In this document: piece after piece, positions 53,660 through 64,000 of the stretch | Layout: every line of letters begins with the position of its first letter | Position numbering within the stretch: the stretch's first letter is position 1 | Source of the DNA: Camelus dromedarius | Taxonomy: Eukaryota | Assembly: GCF_036321535.1 (NCBI RefSeq) | Contig: NC_087447.1 | Coordinates: forward strand, 49,106,001-49,170,000 | Reading direction: 5' to 3' | DNA length: 64,000 nt | The notes under the pieces: model-generated | Told to the model about the DNA's origin: nothing | Seen by the model: only the letters and a program-made list of their open reading frames with translations | Databases searched by the model: none | Position numbers and translations under genes: made by a program

Positions 53660-54806
53660 ATGCTTTATGTGAAGTGCATATGATTGTCCCCATTTTACAA
53701 GAGGAAACTGGAGCTGAGGATTAAAGTGACTTCCCTTAAGCACACACCTAATAAGGGGCAGAACTTATAAGGGGCAGAGCCCTTGTCCCTAAGTAGCACA
53801 TTTTTACTGTGATTTTAATGGAGGAGAGAAGCCTTGCTGCCCTTGGGCCTGTGAGCTACAGGGTTAGTTCAGATCCCATTTTTCTTATTATTGCCTTCTT
53901 TTATCTCTCAGAGCTGGCTGAAGTGAGGATCAAGTGAGGCAATGGATTTGAGACTTAAATACATACATACATACATACATTTTTAATAAACAGGCACTTT
54001 AATCCCCCTAATGTGCCCTGCTTTTCTGCCCACAGAAATCTCACCGTTAAAACTTCATGTCCATTGGGATGCCTTGTTTTGCTGTTATAATGCAAATGCT
54101 ATTCTGCTGAAGGTGGGTCTTGCCAGCAACCCCTGTCTTTGCTTTTGATGACTTACCCACATTTCCCTGTGGGGAAGTGTTTTACTTTAGGGAATTTCCA
54201 GTCCATGCTCTTACACCTTGTCATGAGTTTTTCTTATGGCGTCCCATGGTCAAACCTCAGCTTATATTACTGGCGTCCTGCAGCCCAGCGTGGAGTTCTA
54301 GTTCTTTTGTTTCCTTCGGGATAGGCCATGCCTGTGGTTATGTTGCCTTACTTTCTGTCACTGACAGTTGGGCGGTTAAGCATTTGTTATCAGACCATAC
54401 CTGTTACTTAACTTCACTATCTGGTAGTCACACACGTTAACAAATGTATCCACTTTAACTCATCCTCCCTTCTCTTCATGTTATTCACATTCATTCTCTG
54501 ATGTACTTAATTGTAGAATCTTGAAGTTAGAAGAACCGTCAACTTCTTTCCCAAATAAAGAAGTGTTTTGTATTCTGTTGGAGCTACTAATAGCTTAGTG
54601 GTTAAGAGCACGGCTATGAAGTCAGGGAAGACCTATTTATCGGCTGTGACCTCGGATAATTGACTCTTCTCTGTTTCATCATCTGCAGAATATAATTAAT
54701 AATAGCAATTACATAGTAGGAACTCAACTTTAGTCATCTTCTATTAAGGGTCTGCTTACACAACTCCTCCAATGAGTTTTGCCTTAATCCTAAGGCAACT
54801 GAACTT

Positions 54807-54828
54807 TGTGTGTGTGTGTGTGTGTGTG
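54807..54828. repeat. (GT)n microsatellite
   Basis: Seen directly in the sequence. Confidence 0.9.
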
Positions 54829-55284
54829 GAATGAGATGATCTGCACTTGTCTGTAATTAACTGTTGGTCTTCTGCCTTCTAGGGAAGTCCATCTGTACAT
54901 TGTACAGATAAAGTCCCTCTTGTGGAGAACTGCACTTTGACGTACCTGAAAGCGATATTCACACCCGCTTCAACAGCTTCGGTTCTTTTAGTGGCTCCTT
55001 CGGCTACAGTTTGATTTAGTTTCTGGTCCCTTGAAAACTGTGATTACTGTCCCTGGGACCTGGTCTGGGATGTCTGTGTCCTTTTTTGAAGTATGGTACT
55101 CAGAATTGAACTTATGGCCCCAGAGATAGATTGACCAGCTCAACAGCCAGGTGGCTGTCCAATCTTGTATCCTTTTAACGCAGGCTAAGGTAAAGTAGCA
55201 TTTACTTTTTTGGGTAGCTGCCCAAGTATTAAGTACATGGTCAGCTAAAACCTCCAAGCCTTTTTCACATTTTTTCTTCCTTTT

Positions 55285-56086
55285 AAAACCTTTTCAATTG
55301 TGGTAAAATACACTTAACATAAAACTTTCCATCTTAACCGTTTTAAGTGTACATTGCAGTATCATTAACTGTATGCACATTGTTGTGCAACAAATCTCAA
55401 GAACTTAGTACACGACTGCAAGTTTATACTCATTGCACAACAGCTCATTGCACAACAACTTTCCCTCTCCCCCGGCCCCTAGCACCCATTACTGTTCTTT
55501 GTTTCTATAAGTTTGATTACTTTAGCTATGTCATTTAAGTGGAATCATGTAGTATTTGTCTTTTTGTGATTGGTTTATTTCACTTAACGTAATGTTCTCA
55601 AGGGTCATCCATGTTGTAGCATATGTCAGGATTTCCTTCTTTTCAAAGGCCAAATAATATTCTGTTGTATGTTTGTCCATTATAACATTTAACCATTTTG
55701 TTTATCCATTCATCGGTTGACGGACTTGAGTGTTCCCACCTTTGGCTATTGTGAATAATGCTGCTGTGGAACATGGGTGTGCAAACATCTCTTCAAGACC
55801 TTTCTCTCAGTTCTTTGGGATATATACCTAGAAGTTGAATTGATCATTATATGGTGATTCTGTTATAAATTTTTGAGGGACCTCCATACTGTTTACCACA
55901 ATGCACCTTTTTATATTCCCTCCAACAATACACAGTTTTTCCACATCCTCACACTTATTTTGCTTTTTGGTTTTTTTGATAGTAGCCACCCTAATGAATA
56001 TGAGGTGATAGCTCATTATGATTTTAATTTGCATTTCCCTGATTATTAGCAATGTTTGGTATCTTTTCATATGCTTGTTGGCCATT
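55285..56086 (-). mobile_element. LINE-1 3' fragment in NEU3 intron 2
   Basis: ORF 55828..56085(-) MANKHMKR...IIREMQIK is an L1 ORF2 tail remnant. Confidence 0.85.
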
Positions 56087-59000
56087 ACATTTGTTGTTCT
56101 TTATTCATGTTTCTCCATCTAAATTTTTAAGCCCAAGATTTGTTTTATCTCTGTCAAGCCTCAGCTTGTTTATGTCCCATTGCCCCACCTGGTTGAGGTC
56201 ATTTGGCTTCTAATGCTTTCATATTTTGTTTACAGTTTCTTCCAGCTTCATGTCAACTTTATGTTAGACATATCTGGCCCAAAGAATTTTCTCTTCACAG
56301 CTAGTAAGGATGGCTGAGCTTCTGACTTCTCAACAACTGGACTGCCCAGTATTTTTTTTTTCCCTCCTATTCCTGAAAGGAATAGCAGTGCTGATGGATA
56401 TTCTTAAATATTCCTGGCTCCCGCTCAAGATTGTTGATCTGAGCAATCTTAATTATCCAAATGAGTTTGCAGCTGTTACTTCTCATCAGCTCACATATTG
56501 AGTGCTATCCATAAAGTGTTGGTTTCCACACAGGGTGCTGAGAAGACAGGCACACTATCCCTGGGGTGACAATGGAAAATTAAGTCTGCTCCCCAGACGG
56601 TCTTATTGGCACTTGAAAGAGAGAAGAGACATGTATGGAGGAGGGCAGAGAAGAGCCTTCATACATTGACTCCTCTTTGGGAAGAATTTGCTCAACCAAA
56701 TTGCAAAGAGAAAGCAAAGCTGTGCACAGATGTAACTGTCCAAAACATCCACACAGAATCCACAAAGTGTCACAAGGCAGGTTCACGCAGAATGGGTGTT
56801 TCCTTAGGAGTGCATACGCAGCTGGAGATAGAGAAGCTATTGTGTGGGGCATGGCATCTAAGCTGACACTTGAAGTGGGTGTGTTGAAGGTAAGAAGAAC
56901 CAAAAGTGATTTCTCCCTGGATTCTCTACATCAGACATGATCTTTCCCTTCTCTGACATCCACAGTGCTTTGTTTATCTCCTGTCTCTTGTGGTATCTGT
57001 AAGACTTTGGAGTCAGCTCTGTGGGTGCCTTTTCTATCCTCCTCGAGGCAGGCCTAGCTGCCCTCTCCCGCTGGTGGCCTTCCGGGCCTTGATTTTCTGA
57101 GAGTAAACAGGGAAGTGAGGTCCCTGTCTCCATGGTTTAAAATGCAGTCAGGTCAGACAGCAATGTGGACTTCTCATGCGTATATTTTCCAGAGAGAAAC
57201 AAAGCCATTTGAGGGGATTTAGGAAGCAGTCTTAGCCAATCTGGGAGAGCTTCATGGAGGAAGGTGGACTTCTGCCCAGTAATTAAGTTGACTTTGGCAC
57301 ATATGTTAGAACTGTTTACAATTGTACAGAGTACTCCGTCATAGAATGGGCTGCCCCAGACATAGTGAGTTCCCTGTCCCTAGACTAGTTCAAGGAGAGA
57401 CTGAATGGCCTTTATCCACAAGAATTAGAGGAGAATCTTCTGTAGGACGTGTTAGCACTGGGTCCTTATGACTCTGAAATTCCATGATCTGAGCTTTGCT
57501 TAATAATGTGTTTTGCTCATTCATGCAGGAATTAAATTTTTTGTTGTGGGTGGATAATGCATTCATAGGGCTGAAGGATAAAGACGGTATAGAAATGTGT
57601 ACATCCCATTTCCAGTCCTCTACCTCCTATAGGCAGTCAGTTATTTCTTATGTATCCTCCTAGTGCTTCTTCATGTAGAAACAAAGAAATACAAGTAGAT
57701 AGTCTTAATACCCCCTTTTAAAACTTTTTTAAATGTGAAGTGATAACATAGATACAGAAAACATAAAAAATAATTGTCAAAGGCACAAAACATAAATGTC
57801 AGCTTTGTAAATTGACAAAGCCAGTACTTCTGGACTCACCACTCAGCTCAAGGAATAGAATATTGCCAGCACCTCAGAAGCTTCTCTTTTGTCCCCTCTC
57901 TTCTTCCCAAAGGTAATTACTAGTCTGATTCTAGAGTTTTGTTTTGCTTGTTTTTAATCTATGTATTCTTTATGTTTGGCTTTTTTTCTGTCTTGCTTCT
58001 TTTGTTCCATATTCTTGAGGTTTATTCAGATTGTTATGTACAGCTGTAATTTGTTCATTTTCATTGTTATATAATAGTCCATTGTATGACTATATACATT
58101 GAATCGATGCATTCTATATTTGTTGCATATTTGGGTTAGTGATTAAGTGTATAGATAATGTGGCTCTGAATATTCTGCACATGTTTTTCTGTACTATGTG
58201 CATGCATCTTTGTTGCTGTGTATATTAAGGTTGCAACTCAAAGCATGGTGGGTTTACCAGGGCCTCTAATTTTTGTCCTCCTAGCCCCATAGGGCTGTCA
58301 GATGAATTGCTCAGCTTCTTAGCCTTTCAGTTACCTCTTTGAAAATTAGTAGACATACTGAGGGGAAAAGGTACTTAAAATACCAGGTCATCCTCTCTGA
58401 ATGAACTGTTTCAGTTCTTGGCCAAAATTCTTCATCACCTTGTTTGCTCTCTGGTGCTTCCAAATAGATGTTTTTGTTTTAATTTTTTATCTAGCCTATT
58501 TTTCTTTGGAAGATTTGGTTACATACCTAGTTTGCTGTAATTGGAAGTCCTTTTCCTTCACGTTTCTTATACACTCTTCTGTATTTTGCTTTGTTCATTT
58601 AATAATATATTATGGAGATCTTTCCATATCAGTATACAGAAGCTTTCCTTTCTCTTTTTTCACCTGTTGTATTGTATGTTCATTTAACCAGTCCCCTATT
58701 GATGAATATTTGGGTTCACTGTATTGTGCTGTTTCAAGCAATGCCACAGTGAGTAATCTTATACATACTTAATTTGATGAGCAGATATATCTTAGGGTAA
58801 ATTCCCAGAATGGGGGATGCTGGGAAAAGATAAGTGCATTTATAATTTTGATATGACGTTCATGAGTGTTGAAGCATTTTGCACTCCAATCCATATATGA
58901 GTGCCTGTTTCTTCACATTTTTGTCAACAGAATATTGTCAGAGTTAATGATGTTGCCAATTTGTTTGATGAAAAATACTATGCCAGTTTAATTTGCTTTT

Positions 59001-59650
59001 CTTTTTTATATGTGAGGTTGAACATATTTTCTTTTTTTTTTTTTTTCTCTTTCTGTGAGTTGTCTGATCTTGGTCTTTGCCCAGTTCTGTTAGGTTTTTG
59101 GAAAATTTCTTATACCAATTTCAAATGTTGTTTTAAAGATATATTAAGGAAATTAGGTATTTGTTTATGATATGTCGGATTAGGCATTATCTCATGTTAT
59201 CCTTACAAATCCTCTTTGAGCATGTTATTATGTCCTCGATTTAACCGATAAAGAAATGGAGGTAAAGTTAAGATTAAGTAACCTGGCCTAGATCACACGA
59301 CAAGTGATGGAGGCAGGGGTTGAACTAGGTGTCTCTCACTCCATGTTTTTAATGACACTTTTATGAATTGCCTTCCCAGGGTAGTAGAAGAAGGGAAAAA
59401 AATCTTGGTCTTAAATTTTCCTTTATTTGCCTAAAACTTCCATATTTATCTGCCTTGCTGTGCTTTTCTTCCATTTGTTTTTCTTTTCTTTCTTTCTTTC
59501 TGCTTTTTTTTGGGGGGGGTCTTTCTTTATAAAAAATATTTATTTTGCCCCCATCATGTGCTAGACACTGGTGATACAAAAGTAGAATAAATTGGTTTCT
59601 ACCTTCAAAAGACTCAGTCCAGGAAGGGAGCCAGTCACATAAAAAAATTA

Positions 59651-60094
59651 CAGACACCTGTTTCAGTGCACTTCCCTTTACTGTGCTTCACAGATAATGT
59701 GTTTTTAACAAATTGAAGGTTTGTGGCACCTCTGCGTGAAGCAAGTCTGTCGGCACCATTTTTCCAACAGCATTGCTCCCTTTGAGTCTCTGTGTCACAT
59801 TTTGGTAATTCTTGCAATATTTCAAACCCTCCAGCAGCAGAAAGATTACAACTTGCTGAAGGCTTAGATAAGGGTTAGCATTTTTTTAGCAACAAAGTGT
59901 TTTTAAATCAAGGTATATACATTGGGGATTTTTAGACATAATGCTTTTGCACACTTAATAGACTACAGGATAGTGTAAATATAACTTTTATATACACTGG
60001 GACACCAAAAAATTCACGTGACTCACTTTTTCATGCTATTTCCTTTATTGCAGTGATCTGAAACTGAGCCTGCGGTATTTCCGAGGTCTGCCTG
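59651..60094 (+). mobile_element. Internally deleted non-autonomous Tigger1 derivative (444 bp)
   Basis: Both termini present (CAGACACCT... and ...GAGGTCTGCCTG) with TA on each side. The left and right parts match the two ends of the long Tigger1 at 31449. Confidence 0.85.
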
Positions 60095-60487
60095 TATGAT
60101 ATATAATATGTGCTGTAACTCTTCTATATGTACAAAGAGAAAGCCACTGATTCTTTGGTAGGGATGGAGAGGGAGTTTGATGGGAGGCTTCATAAATGAA
60201 GTGATTTTGAGTTGTTTTGGAAGATGAATTGGGCATCTAGGCAAAGTGGGGAAGAGTGTTCCAGACAGAGGAGACAGCATGTACAATGTCCAGCATTACC
60301 TCTCTGCAACTTTATAACTTATATAATATTTGAGAATTCAGTCAACACTTGGGCCTTCATGATTTTACAGATTTCACTACCATTTATTTCTTATCTTTGA
60401 GAGGTCCTAATACTTTTAATCTTTTAATGAGCCTCCTGTCTTCCTATTAGTCTTTCACTCCTGCTCTCTCTCCCTTCCCTTGTCCAG

Positions 60488-61549
60488 TGGGAACCCCTGA
60501 AGCCACTGATGGAAGCCACATTACCTGGGCATCGGACCATGAACCCCTGTCCTGTGTGGGAGCAGAAGAGTGGCCGTGTGTACCTATTCTTCATCTGCGT
60601 GCGGGGCCATGTCACTGAGCGTCAACAGATTATGACAGGCAGGAATGCTGCCCGTCTCTGTTTCATCTGCAGTCAGGATGCTGGCTATTCATGGAGCGAA
60701 GTGAGGGACCTGACCGAGGAGATCATTGGCCCAGAGGTCAAGCATTGGGCCACATTTGCTGTGGGCCCGGGTCATGGCATCCAGCTGCAGTCCGGGAGGC
60801 TGGTCATCCCTGCATACGCCTACTACATCCCTTACTGGTTCTTTTGCTTTCGGATACCATATAAAGTCAGGCCTCATTCCCTGATGATCTACAGTGACGA
60901 CCTAGGAGCCACATGGCAGCGTGGCAGGCTGATTAAGCCCATAGTGACAGTGGAGTGTGAAGTGGCAGAGGTGAGCAGGAGGGCCGGCCAACCTGTGCTG
61001 TATTGTAGTGCCCGAACACCAAACAGGCGCCGGGCAGAGGCTCTTAGCACTGACCACGGTGAATGCTTTCAGAGACCAGCCCTGAGCCAACAGCTCTGTG
61101 AGCCCCCGCATGGCTGCCAAGGCAGTGTGGTGAGTTTCCGGCCCCTGGAGATTCCACATGTGTGCCAGGACCCTACTGGCAAAGATTTTCCTACCATTCA
61201 GCAGAACCCTCTCCTGGGCAGATCACTGAGGCTAGAGCTGGAAGCTGGAACCCGGTCAGAATCATGGCTCTTGTACTCACACCCAACCAATAAGAAACGG
61301 AGGGTTGACTTAGGCATCTACCTCAACCAGACCCCCTTGGAGGCTGCCTGCTGGTCCCGCCCCTGGATCTTGCACTGCGGGCCCTGTGGTTACTCTGATT
61401 TGGCTGCTCTGGAGAAGGAGGGCTTATTTGGGTGTTTGTTTGAATGTGGAACGAAGAGGGAGTGTGAGCAGATTGCCTTCCGCCTGTTCACAGACCGAGA
61501 GATCCTGAGCCATGTGAACGGGGACTGTTCCAGCTCTGGTCAGAACTGA
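60488..61549 (+). CDS. NEU3: Sialidase-3 (ganglioside sialidase) last coding exon
   Basis: Acceptor ttgtccag|TGG, in frame with ORF 60509..61549. Asp boxes SQDAGYSW, SDDLGATW, STDHGECF, plus VGPG and CGYSDL motifs. 422 aa in total from ATG 52860. Confidence 0.97.
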   Translation, partial: WEPLKPLMEATLPGHRTMNPCPVWEQKSGRVYLFFICVRGHVTERQQIMTGRNAARLCFICSQDAGYSWSEVRDLTEEIIGPEVKHWATFAVGPGHGIQLQSGRLVIPAYAYYIPYWFFCFRIPYKVRPHSLMIYSDDLGATWQRGRLIKPIVTVECEVAEVSRRAGQPVLYCSARTPNRRRAEALSTDHGECFQRPALSQQLCEPPHGCQGSVVSFRPLEIPHVCQDPTGKDFPTIQQNPLLGRSLRLELEAGTRSESWLLYSHPTNKKRRVDLGIYLNQTPLEAACWSRPWILHCGPCGYSDLAALEKEGLFGCLFECGTKRECEQIAFRLFTDREILSHVNGDCSSSGQN

Positions 61550-64000
61550 GCCAACTCAAAACCAATTGGCTTAGGACCCATCTTTTCATAGAAGGGTTAC
61601 CATAACAGGCAACCATGGCCAGGATAACAGAGGTTACTGAAGTCTGCAGAGAATCCAAAACATTCTGCCCCCTACCTTTTTTTCCGCTTCTCCTCCAAAG
61701 AGCAAAATGAAAATCTTGCCATAGCTACTGCAGGGGAAGGAGCACTGAACTGTGAATTGAGAGACCATGACATAATCCTGGCTCTGCCACTGTCTTGTTT
61801 TGGGACCTTGGACATGTCACGTGAACTCTGGGCCTCAGGTCTCCATCTGTAAAATGAGAGGATTGGTTCTGTGATTTCTCTTCTTCCCAGGTCTAGGAAA
61901 GTCAGGGGGCCCGTATGCTATGTGATCAGCAAGTCCTGGCTGCATATGTGACTCTCATCTCAAAATGGAAGTCAGAGGACTCATCTTTTCAAATGACTTG
62001 CCACTCATCCAAGTGTGAGGTTACAAGCAGATGCCATGGCACAAAGGAAGACCTGGATGGTTTGTTCTGTTTTTAGTAACAAAAGATGCCCACACCCTTC
62101 CAATCATGCTCAGAGCTCTACAGGCTCCCTGTTCTAGAGGAATTGGGCCGAACAGTAGAATCATGTGATCACTTGTCTGCTCCAGCTTTGCCCCTCTGCT
62201 CAACCTTCCCTCCCCTATCCAGAAAACATTATTTCCTCAGAAGAAAGTGAGAAGCTCCGTGTCAGTGGTCTTTAATAATAGTACTTATTATTTCTGATGG
62301 CACGACTCCTATGAAAGATGAACCTGAAGTTCCCTTATTAGGATAGCTCTTGATGGGAAAAGAACATGGGTTAGGAGTTTAAAGCATTGGACAAAACTTC
62401 TCATAGTTTCTGCCCTTAAGCAGTTCGCAGTTTATAGGGATAGAAGGAGGAGAAAATAAGCAGCTAGTTTGTAGATGCTGGGCTCTAAGTTGGAGTGCTC
62501 GTAGCTCCTGATGTCATTATCTTCACTGTATCTCATTGTGCCTGCAGGCATCTTCCCCAGGGCTTGTCCAAGCTGCTGAGTTTCCCAGTTTGTTTTTTTC
62601 AGAATGTTGTCCTGGCCCAGCCACTGCTTTACCTGTAGAGAAGCTCTTCACCATTAGGAAGGTCTCTGGACTCCCAAACCTCTGATTCAGGCCTATTTGT
62701 TTGGACCTACTGGGATGCCTCTTTGTGTGGTAGGTTTGGGGCTGAACTGTGCCAGTGCTGGGTCTCAGACGATACCAGATGGCTGCTCTTATTTTAGATT
62801 GTTTCTCCCATAGAGTGTGACAGATATTCTATCATGAGAGATTTCTTTTTTGTCCCTATTTTGGGAGGATAATGCCTTGAACAGGTATCAGGTAAATATG
62901 TTTGCTGCTGGGTAATGACCCTGGAGAGCAAGTCTTAGTCATGGAACACAGCCTAAGAGGCTGGTAGAGATTAACTTCACCTACTTTAGCGTCTGGCTTA
63001 AGCCCAGGGCTTAGAGGGGCTTTAAAAAATTCCCTTAGCCTCTCATACGAATTTCCCAAAGTTGTCTTCCCAGCACACAGTTATGATCATTCATTCACTC
63101 ATTTATACGTTTATGTAAATATTTCTATAACTGAGTGCCTGTGCATAGTGTGAGGCACTTTCTATTGCCATTCCCTTGTTAAAAGTCATTTGTGGCTCCT
63201 CATTGCCACCAACACCTCATTGTGTTTACATTTAGCCTAGCATATAGGTCCTTTAGTTGTTGGGTGAAATAATGAATACTCATCTCTACTTCTTCAAATG
63301 AAGCCGCTGTCAAAGAAGACCTCTGTCAAGTTGGCAAGTGGAGGGGGTGGGGGTTTGGGAGTGGGCAGAGTTAGTGGTACAGGGAGGAACTGGGGAGGGG
63401 AGAGGATTAAAAGGGCTGCCCCCTCCTCAGTAGTGGAAACTCCTTGTTAAGCAAAGCTTTCCTGAGCACTGTACCCCAAATAGATAGGAATAGGGAAGAT
63501 GGCTAAGTTCTATAACAAAAGCTAAAGGATGGAGAGAATGAGAATATGAAGACTTCTTGGGACCACCCAAGAAGGGAGTCAGGGACAGGTGCTGAGTCAC
63601 ATGCCCGTGTGGACCACACTGTTCTCATAAGATGTCTCATCTACCTCTAGTTTCCCTCCCCTTTCTCCTTCCCCTTTGCCTCATGTTTGCTGCTGCTTAG
63701 TGACTAGCAGTGAAATTCTGAATAGGCAGAGGGCCTGCGTGCATATTTCAGGAATGACAAGAAAAGAGGGCTGGGGTAATCCAGAATGAGGATGAGAGAG
63801 GACCAGAGTGGGGGATGGCAGCTGTGAAGGAAAAGAACAACAAGTAGGAGTCCTGACGCCTTTAGGAAGAGAGAGAAGGGGCGCAGACATGGAGCCTTGG
63901 CAGGAGAGATGGAGTAGGTGGTAGCTGCTGTGAAGAAGAAATGACAACAGGCTGGAGCTGTTCTCCGAGACGTTTTTGGGAGGGAAAGAGGGCTGCACAG

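Noticed and set aside
53493..53693. Arg/Lys-rich protamine-like ORF
   Set aside because: Product of a (CCT/CTT)n low-complexity tract.
1..64000. CRISPR arrays, rRNA, snoRNA/miRNA or prokaryote-like systems
   Set aside because: No regularly spaced repeat-spacer array or recognisable structured RNA gene seen by eye; an Rfam scan would be needed to exclude small RNAs. Many short MIR and L2 fragments are present but not listed individually.

Overview
Mammalian genomic DNA, probably a camelid (inferred from two tRNA-derived SINEs resembling Vic-1). It covers the conserved XRRA1-SPCS2-NEU3 neighbourhood. On the minus strand are the 5' part of XRRA1 (four coding exons, 140 codons, running off the left edge) and two candidate 5'UTR exons. 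XRRA1 sits head-to-head with SPCS2 across a small CpG-island bidirectional promoter. On the plus strand are the complete SPCS2 gene (5 exons, 678 nt, 225 aa), whose intron 3 is a minor-spliceosome U12 AT-AC intron, and the complete NEU3 sialidase CDS (422 aa, or 432 aa from an in-frame upstream ATG). The rest is mostly LINE, SINE, LTR and Tigger DNA. I found no wholly new gene system. The most notable observations are these: the SPCS2 exon2-exon3 junction regenerates its own 5' splice site directly upstream of the U12 intron; NEU3 has a strong-Kozak upstream ATG; a Tigger1 fragment has been recently duplicated locally; and an ERV with a Leu-like PBS retains an env TM remnant. Gene and repeat-family names and cross-species comparisons come from recall, not database searches.
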